NCBI GenBank assembly: GCA_951406725.2
Contig: OX597836.1
Span: 11,842,001 to 11,906,000, forward strand
Source of the DNA: Octopus vulgaris
Taxonomy: Eukaryota
Reading direction: 5' to 3'
DNA: 64,000 nt
Shown: positions 54,076-64,000 of the stretch, in pieces
Numbering within the stretch: position 1 is the first letter of the stretch
Layout of the letters: the number at the start of each line of letters is the position of its first letter
Notes under the pieces: model-generated
The model's database searches: none
What the model was told of the DNA's origin: nothing
Seen by the model: the letters and a program-made list of their open reading frames with translations, nothing else
Position numbers and translations under genes: made by a program

Positions 54076-54142
<67 letters not shown>

Positions 54143-55944
54143 TTCGTGCTTGCTTGAGTTCCCCAGCCACTTGATAGCTAGTGTTTGTTTGTTTGTTTAC
54201 GTCCCCGTCCAAAAGGATGTTTCACTCACTTCTAAAGTCCAGGACATTGTCGTGTTAACTGATTCTTTTTTGTTTTTGTTTTTCTTACCAAAGAACACAC
54301 TTTTATTGTTGATCTGAAATCCAGTCATAGATATACCATCTAAGGAGCTCTAAAGTAGTTTGCTTCTCGGCCAAATGCTTTCGGGTTCAATCCTACTGCG
54401 TGGCACCTTGGGTAAATTACTTCTACTGTTGTCTCGGGCCAGCCAAAGCTGTGTGAGTATTCGAGAATTTATTATTAATCACAATTGTTCCGACACATTT
54501 AGCATCGATCCCTCATGGGTAGGACACTCAACAACTGGTTCAGGAGCATCCGGCGATGTAGATGTATCTCGTCGGGTGATAAATAAATACAACTCGTTAA
54601 GATAACAGTTCTGCAATGTAACTTCTCGCTTTGAAGAAAGAAAAGACGGAGGATTTTTTTCTTGGACTAAAAACTCTTTAAGGTGGTGCTCTAGCATGGC
54701 CGCAGTCAAATGACTGAAGCAAGTAAAAGAATGAAAGAATATAGAATCGTATTAGTTAGTGAGCACAAACAAGAAGACAAAGTGGGGAAAGACACAAGCT
54801 TTAAGGAAGGCGCTAGTGCTTTATCAGAGAAGAAAAAATAAGGAAAAGAAGTGGCAGTAGGTGAAAAGTAGAAAAGAAAGGCAGAAAGAAAGATTTAGGA
54901 AAGAAGTGGGAATGCAATGCAGAATGAGATAGGAATGAGCTGGGGGGAAAAAGGAAACACACGATGGGCTTTTCGTTTAGTCTGACACCTATTTTATCGA
55001 TCTCTTCAACTATTATCGATCTCATAAACTTTGTTATGTTACATAACGAAATAGGCAACAAGAGTTAGGCAGAGGTTATGAGGTCTAAGCAGTTGGAATG
55101 GAATAATTTCTTCTCCACTCCAACAGCTCAATTTGTTTTTGTTTTTGTTTTGTTGTTTTTTCTTGTCTGTTTTTTTTTTGTTTTTATTTTGTTTTTTTTT
55201 AATTTTTGAAAGAAAATTCAAGAGTTTAGATATTTGCTACCAAATTTCTTGTGCAAAAATTTTGTAATTTTGAATGAAAATTTCAAGAACAGAGGTATTA
55301 GCTTCAAAATTTTCTTGTACAAAAAAAAAAAAAAACCAATGATTGACTGCATATAAATCTTAAAAACCTTCGTTAGTTCAGCGAAAGCAAAAAAAAAAAA
55401 AAAAAAAACAAGAGCAAAGCAAAAAATAATTTAAAAAAACGACTTTAGATGAACGCTTTCATCCTATCATCATCCGTTTCTTCATCTTTCTTCGTGTTTC
55501 TCTCTAATATTAAATGAATACTTTTCTAACTCTTTAATCATATTTTCTGTCTTTAACATCCTCGACACGCCCCCCAAACATACATTAACTTTTTTTACAA
55601 AAAAAAAACCCCGAAAAAAACACTAATTTTTTTTTTCGAAAACCAAACAAAAAAATATTATCATCTTCGAAATTTTGCTTCTTCCTTTTTTTTTACGTCT
55701 TCTTTTTCTCTATTTATTTGGGTTTTTTTTTTTCCTTAAATATTTTTTTAATTATAATTTTTCAAACGAAATGACGGATATATTTTCTCATAAATAATAT
55801 TTTTGTTTCTTTTATTTCTTTCTTTTGATGTAAAATTAAAGGTTACAGACCAGTGGTCACGTGTTGTAGTTGAGAAATGAATGAATAATTACCTGGAGGT
55901 GAGGTTAGTTTAAATGTCAGTGAAGAGTTTTTGACCCTCTACCG

Positions 55945-56841
55945 CCATTGCCACCACCACCACCATCATCATCATTACCACCGCCAACAACATCAACAAC
56001 AACATCGTCACTAGCAGCACAAACACCAATACCAACATCACGGTTACCACTATCACCAACGCCACCACCACCACCACTACATCCACCACTTTCGCCATCA
56101 CCACCACCACCACCACGACCATCACCATCACCACCACCATCACCACCACTACCACCACCATCACCTTCACCATTCCCACCACCATCACCACCATCATCAC
56201 CACCACCACCACCAACATCAATAACAGCACAGACACTAATACCAACATCTTGGCTACCACCATCACCAACGCCAGCAACAACAGCACAACCACCACCATC
56301 AACGTCATCCTCATCATCATCATCATCATCATTAATAATAACACCAACACCACCATCAACAACAACAACAGCACTACTACCAAGAGAAGTACCAACGACA
56401 CCATCACGCAACCACCACCAATACCACCGCCGCCGCCAACAACAACCGCAGCAACTACGACACCACGACCAACATCACCACCACCACCACCACCACCAAT
56501 ACCAGCAACAGCACCAACACTATCTTATACAATACACACACATACACCACCGCCACCAACACAACCGGCCCCATCTCTAACGCAACCACCATCACCACCT
56601 TACACCACACACACACACACACACACCAACAACAACACCAACAACACCGACACCACCATTAACACCAACAACAACAAAAAGCCTCTTCTCTCTCTCTCTC
56701 TCTCTCGCTCTCTCTCTCTCTCTTCTCTACCCCTCTGCCTCTTCTGGTCTCTCTTCTCTCTCTCTTATCTCTCTCTTTCTCTCGCTCTGTCTTTGCCACT
56801 TCCTCTCTTCTCTCTTCGCTCTTCTTTCTCTCTCTTTCTCA

Positions 56842-56873
<32 letters not shown>

Positions 56874-57053
56874 TGTCTTTCTCTCTTCTCTCTCTCTTTG
56901 TCTCTCTCGCTCTATCTCTCTGCCTCTTCTTTTCTCTTTTCTATCCCTCTTCTCTCTCTCCTCTCTCCTCTCTCTCTCTCTCGCTCTGTCTCTCTCGCTC
57001 TGTCTCCCTGCCCCTTCCACTCTCTCTTCTCTTCTCGCTCCTTCTCTCTCTCC

Positions 57054-57085
<32 letters not shown>

Positions 57086-57122
57086 TTCTGTCTCTTTCTC
57101 ACCCCCTCTCTCTCTCTCTCAC
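55945..57122. repeat. (CCA/CAA)n low-complexity tract followed by a (CT)n-rich pyrimidine tract
   Basis: Direct observation. Confidence 0.9.
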
Positions 57123-57548
57123 TAATTTGATAATTCTTTTCAAAGAATTACAAAAGCGGATAAACGATAATCTATTTTTTGTCTTGTTTATTCCTTTTTG
57201 TTAATATTGTGTTTTCTTTTTTACAAATAGGCTTCGTTCAATTTTTTTTTAATATTTCTATATTAAAAATGCAAAATAAAAGACAAAATCTAAAAATACA
57301 AGAAAATAACAAAATATTTATCAAGTAAAAGACAAAAAAATAAAGAGCTCAGTAAAAAGTGAGATGTTTGAGATAACAAACCACCATTTGCATGCGGAGT
57401 TTGCATAAAAGTCGCTGCTTCAATGAAGCTCTAGTTATTTCCTGAAATTGTTGTTGTGGTTGTTGTTGTTGTTGTTTCTCTTCTTCCTCCTCCTCTTCTT
57501 CTATTTTCAAATTGCAATAGAATATTAAGTGCACAATATGTAAGACAT

Positions 57549-57608
<60 letters not shown>

Positions 57609-57713
57609 GTAGGTAGGTAGGTAGGTATGTAGGTAGGTAGGTAGGTAGGTAGGTAGGTAGGTAGGTAGTTAGGTAGGTAGGTAGGTAGATAGATAGGCGA
57701 GCAGATAGGTAGG

Positions 57714-57785
<72 letters not shown>

Positions 57786-58636
57786 AAAATAGATGGGCAC
57801 AAACGGGCCTTTTTTTTTTAGATCATTAGCGACATCAGTTAAATTGACACAGCCTCAAATTTGATTCAAAATTGTGTCGCAATGTGTCACAGTGTGTCGC
57901 AATGTGTAGCAATGTGTTGCAATATCTAGAGGGCTTCTGTTACCGAGTTTTAAACCATGACATCGAGGCTAGGGCAGAAAAATCTGCTCAACACATGGGA
58001 GTTCGTCGCAAAACTTATGTTAGTCTCCATTTTTAAGCGAGCGCCAATGACATTAAAAGCGCAATTATATCTTTTATCTTCAAAGTATCTTCCGCTCATT
58101 AATTTTGAAGTAATGAAGAACCCAAGAAGCGTATATATGGCAGCTAGAACCTCTCTAATAATTGGAAGGCGAAAGAAATGTTTCCATTTCCTCAAGAATG
58201 GTGTCACTTTTCTTGAAATTAAAATAAGTGAACAATTGATGTGTTTGAGCAAGCAACCTCAAGCAATTGGAATTCAAAGAATGGGTTGTACTATGGCACG
58301 CGGGACCTCCTTTCAGCTGATTTTCTTGAGTTATCATATCACTCTTGTATTCCGAATCGTCGCAAAATTACCAATTCTGAACCTTCGAAACTGTTGGGCA
58401 ACTAACACCCGGCAGTTGTGATTCACAGAATGGGTTGTATTACTCATCCTTTCGATCGCTGAATACAAAACAAAGTTCGTGATATCTCCGTTCGGCTGAT
58501 TTTCCTGAGTCACCGTCTCACCCTTGTACACCGATTCGTCATAAAATTACCAATTTTGAACCTTTGAAGCAGTTGGGCAACTAATCGACTGGCCCTCTCC
58601 CCAAAAATTACGGGCCTTGTGCCTAGAGTAGAATAA

Positions 58637-58674
<38 letters not shown>

Positions 58675-59645
58675 GTGTGTGTGTGTGTATGTATATATAT
58701 CCTACGTGGATATCGCCCTCTATTGATTTTTTCTCCTGTAATTCTATCCATATATCTCCATTTCGGGTCTGTAAAGCGTCCATGGAAAAATGTTGGTGTC
58801 ACATTTGCTTCTGATATCTAATCACCTGAGGTTTCTCTGATTTTTTTTTTAAATAAAAATTCCCTGCTTAAAAATTATCTAAATTGAAAGCTTTCATCAA
58901 GTTTCTTGTTAATTCATTTTCTTAACACTACGTTAATAATTTCAAAGTTAGTAATCTTACGAAGTTCGTTATCACTTTCAAAATTAATTGAAACTAAAGC
59001 GGTGCATTTCAACAGAACTCTGATAAAAAAAAAACGCGTTAAACATCTGGCTCAGACATATTGGAATCTATATTTTCTTGTTTCAAATAATCGCTTAATT
59101 ACGCCATCGAGGTTACTTACCTCAGTTTCTTCTTCGACAAATTCATTATCGTAATCCATATCTTGAAGTAGATGCAAGACTTAACGCAGGAATTGAATTA
59201 AATTCATTTTTGAAGCAGCCGTAGTAGAGCTTAAACAACCGTTTTTGTGCTCTTGCTGTACTCTATTTTTTCTCCTGGGAGTACAGCTACACATTGAATA
59301 ATATAAATAAATAGAGTGAAAATGAAAAAGAAAATTCCAACGCAACAAAGCAAGTTGTTAACAATTAATATAGTGAAAAAGCTCAAAATACATTCAATAT
59401 TATCAATCAATCAATCAACCATGTCGTCTTTCCCGATGCCGGAAGCGAAAGTTGACAACTACGAGTCTCCATCATTCAATGTTGCAGGCCGCCTCGATTA
59501 ATGTTCCATTTCATGCGCTTTTATCTTCCACTACTCATCTAATTACATTTACATACAAAGTAAAAAGGAAATGGATCTTTACCTTTTTTGACCGACAGTT
59601 TTAAAAAATAATTCTTTGTAACTAAACACTTTCAAAGTTCGGACT

Positions 59646-60333
59646 CGTATATATGTATATATATATATATGCGTGTGTGTTTGTGTGTCTGTGTTTGTCC
59701 CCCTGGCATGGCTTGACAACCGATGCTGGTGTGTTTATGTCCCCGTTACTCAGCGGTTCGGCAAAAGAGGCCGATGGAATGAGTACTGGGCTTACAAAAG
59801 AATAAGTCCCGGGGTCGAGTTGCTCGATTAAAGGCAGTGCTCCAGCATGGCCGCAGTCAAATGACTGAAACAAGTAAAAGAGTAAAAGAGTAAAAAAGAG
59901 AGTAGTGACTTTTTAATTATATTACTGAAGCTTATATTTACGAAGTTATTTCACGTTGAAGTTGTCGTATTTCGGTAATATCAACCAATCAATGACGTGT
60001 ATTCAGCTGAATAAAATTACAAAACTTAAGGATCGGTCTCAGTCTGAACGACACTCCCAACACTCGGTCTGGGAATCGAAGCCCGATCCTACGACCGCAA
60101 GTCCCCTGCCCTAACCACTGGGCCATTGCACCTTCACAAGAGTATAAATAATTATTATTATTAAGAAGTGAAATAGCAATGAAGATACGGCAATATAGAA
60201 ATAACCATATACATATATATATATACATACATACACATACATATACATATATACGCATACACAGACACACATACATATATACACACGCACACATACACAT
60301 ACGTATGCATACATAGCGTTAAATAGATATACG

Positions 60334-60376
<43 letters not shown>

Positions 60377-60557
60377 ATACAAAGGATATATATATCTTTT
60401 CTTTTATTGTATTAATAATTATCTACTAGGCGCAGGAGTGACTATGTGGTAAGTAGCTTGCTTACCAACCACATGGTTCCGGGTTCAGTCCCACTGCGTG
60501 GAACCTTGGGCAAGTGCCTTCTACTATAGCCTCGGGCCGACCAAAGCCTTGTGAGTG
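59646..60557. mobile_element. SINE fragments: family A 3' half (+, 59646-59905), family C head (-, ~60050-60138), family A head (+, 60429-60557)
   Basis: Family motifs. Confidence 0.8.
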
Positions 60558-60635
60558 CAACTAATTTATTTGATATTAAATATAATAATATAAACTATTT
60601 ACGTTTTTCAGTTACGAAACAATTGGTCGTGACTT

Positions 60636-61127
60636 ATATACATACATACATGCATGCATACATACATACATACATACATACATACATACATGCATGCATG
60701 CATACATACATACATAAATACATACATACATACATACATACATACATACATACATACATGCATGCATGCATGCATACATACATACATACATACATACATA
60801 CATACATACATACATACATACAATCATACATACATACATACAATCATACATACATACATACATACATGCATGCATGCATGCATGCATGCATGCGTGCATG
60901 CATGCGTGCATGCATGCGTGCATGCATGCTTGCATGCATACATACATACATACATACATACATAAATACATACATACATGCATACATACATACATGCATA
61001 CATACATACATACATACATGCATGCATACATGCATGCATACATACATACAATCATACATACATACATACATACAATCATACATACATACATACATGCATA
61101 CATACATACATACATACATACATAAAT

Positions 61128-61160
<33 letters not shown>

Positions 61161-62991
61161 TACATACATACATACATACATACATACATACATACATACA
61201 TACGTACGTACGTACACTGAGCATGTTTAGATATGCAAGTATATGCATGAGAAGGCATGCATAAAACATAACATACGAATCTGCACGGATACATAAAACT
61301 TTCCAGAAGTTTATCATTTAAATATATTTGAGCATGTCTAGAATTTGCATACAAATTACATGGTCTTAAACTAATTTTGCCGGTAAATTTGAAACGTTTA
61401 TGTTAATTTAGCATTAGAATTCTTCAAGTTGTATAAAAATAGTTATTGTCAGCATCATTTGAAAAGATAAATAAATTCTGCATAAGGTGTAAAAGATAAA
61501 AAAAATTTGTATGGTGTTAATAACAAAATATTTTGTAAGAAATAGAACTTTTATCATCGGTCTTAAATTTAATTTCGCCAGTGTATGTAACTATATGCAA
61601 GAGAATACTTACATAAATCATACAAAGCTGCACATACATACATACGTACATATATACATACATAAATACATACATACATACAAACAAACAAACAAAAATA
61701 CTTTGTTGTTGATGTTCCAATGAAGGAACCTTGGATCTAGGTTAGAAACCGATTCTTTCTCTATTGGCATGAAATCTTGAAACAAACTGAATAAGGTCAA
61801 GCATACATACATACACACACATATATACATACATACATACATACACACATACATACATACATACATACATACATGCATACATACATACATACATACATGC
61901 ATGCATGCATACATACATACATACATACACACACATATATACATACATACATACATACATACATACACACACATATATACATACATACATACATACACAC
62001 ACATATATACATACATACATACATACACACACATATATACATACATACATACATACACATACATACATACATGCATACAAACATACATACATACATACAC
62101 ACATACATACATAGATACATGCATGCATACATACATACATACATACATACATACATGCATACATACATACATACATGCATGCATACATACATACATACAT
62201 ACATACATACATACATACATACATACATACATACATACATGCATGCATACATACATACATACATACATACATACATACATACATACATGCATGCATACAT
62301 ACATACATACATACATACATACATACATACATACATACATGCATGCATACATACATACATACATACATACATACATACATACATACATACATACATACAT
62401 ACATACATACATACATACATACATACATACATACATACATACATACATACATACATACATACATACATACATACATACATACATAGATACATGCATGCAT
62501 ACATACATACATACATACATACATACATACATACATACATGCATGCATACATACATACATACATACATACATACATACATACATACATACATACATACAT
62601 ACATACATACATACATACATACATACGTATATACATACATACATACATACATACATACATACATACATACATACATACATACATACATACATACATACAT
62701 ACATACATACATACATACATACATACATACATACATACATACATACATACATACATACATACATACATACATACATACATACATACATACATACATACAT
62801 ACATACATACATACATACATACATACATACATACATACATACATACATACATACATACATACATACATACATACATACATACATACATACATACATACAT
62901 ACATACATACATACATACATACATACATACATACATACATACATACATACGTATATACATACATACATACATACATACATACATACATACA

Positions 62992-63023
<32 letters not shown>

Positions 63024-64000
63024 CATACATACATACATACATACATACATACATACATACATACATACATACATACATACATACATACATACATACATAC
63101 ATACATACATACGTATATACATACATACATACATACATACATACATACATACATACATACATACATACATACATACATACATACATACATACATACATAC
63201 ATACATACATACATACATACATACATACATACATACATACATACATACATACATACATACATACATACATACATACATACATACATACATACATACATAC
63301 ATACATACATACATACATACATACATACATACATACATACATACATACATACATACATACATACATACATACATACATACATACATACATACATACATAC
63401 ATACATACATACATACATACATACATACATACATACATACATACATACATACATACATACATACATACATACATACATACATTCATACATACAATAATAG
63501 CCTGTTGTTGACGTTGAAATTCCAGTGAAGGAGCCTTGGATCTAGGTTAGAAACCGGATCTTTCTCCACTGGCATGAAATCTTGAAACAAAACTAAATGA
63601 CATGCATCCACACATACACACATGCACACGCACACATACATACATACATACATACATGCATACATACATACATACACACATACATACATACATACATACA
63701 TACATACATACACACATACATACATACATACATACATACATACATAAACACATACATACATACATACATGCATACATGCATACATACATACATACATACA
63801 TACATACATACACACATACATATATACATACATACATACATATACACATACATACATACACACATTCATACATACATACATACATACATACAGACATACA
63901 TACATACATTCATGCACACATACATACATACACACATACATACATTCATTCATACATACATTCATACATGCATACATACATACATACATGCATGCATGCA
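60636..64000. repeat. Large (CATA)n domain, including a ~1.7-kb tract at 61802-63490
   Basis: Direct observation; explains the 500-600 aa MYVC/HTYI pseudo-ORFs. Confidence 0.95.
61700..63600 (+). mobile_element. Two homologous ~100-bp inserts (61700-61800 and 63500-63600) embedded in (CATA)n
   Basis: Shared TGAAGGA.CCTTGGATCTAGGTTAGAAACCG..TCTTTCTC.A.TGGCATGAAATCTTGAAACAAA. Confidence 0.75.

Noticed and set aside
54488-54550. Minus-strand CTGAACC...AAATGTGTC-GGAAC hammerhead-like string
   Set aside because: Core lacks G8/A9 and GAAA; compatible with chance.
55910-57130. Extensin- or mucin-like Pro/Thr-rich ORFs
   Set aside because: Low-complexity (CCA)n/(CT)n sequence; overlapping ORFs in many frames indicate an artefact.
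57957-58421. 154-aa non-repetitive ORF
   Set aside because: No recognisable domain; overlaps a diverged duplication and probable transposon relic.
61618-63528. ORFs of 536-622 aa
   Set aside because: Translations of (CATA)n/(TATG)n, which lack stops in all frames; not genes.

Overview
This is AT-rich eukaryotic DNA almost entirely made of microsatellites, tRNA-derived SINEs, MITEs and decayed LINE or DNA-transposon fragments. The repeat landscape looks like an octopus/cephalopod intron or intergenic region; that assignment is an inference. I cannot support any host protein-coding gene, and nearly all ORF-track entries are microsatellite read-throughs. Recognisable coding relics are R4/Dong, HERO, RTE, RTE-X and Tx1/L1-like LINE pieces, mariner transposase pieces and a Penelope-like (PLE) C-terminus. 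The most interesting signal is about nine type-I hammerhead-ribozyme-like motifs read by eye. Most have the minimal palindromic stem III typical of PLE/retrozyme hammerheads, and several have non-canonical cores (G3-C8 swap, U4C, A6U). They sit in small non-coding elements that lie in or next to (TA)n tracts, often as fold-back inversions or as a ~357-bp partial tandem (retrozyme-like). Coordinates were counted by hand and may be off by a few bases. All ribozyme activity is untested.
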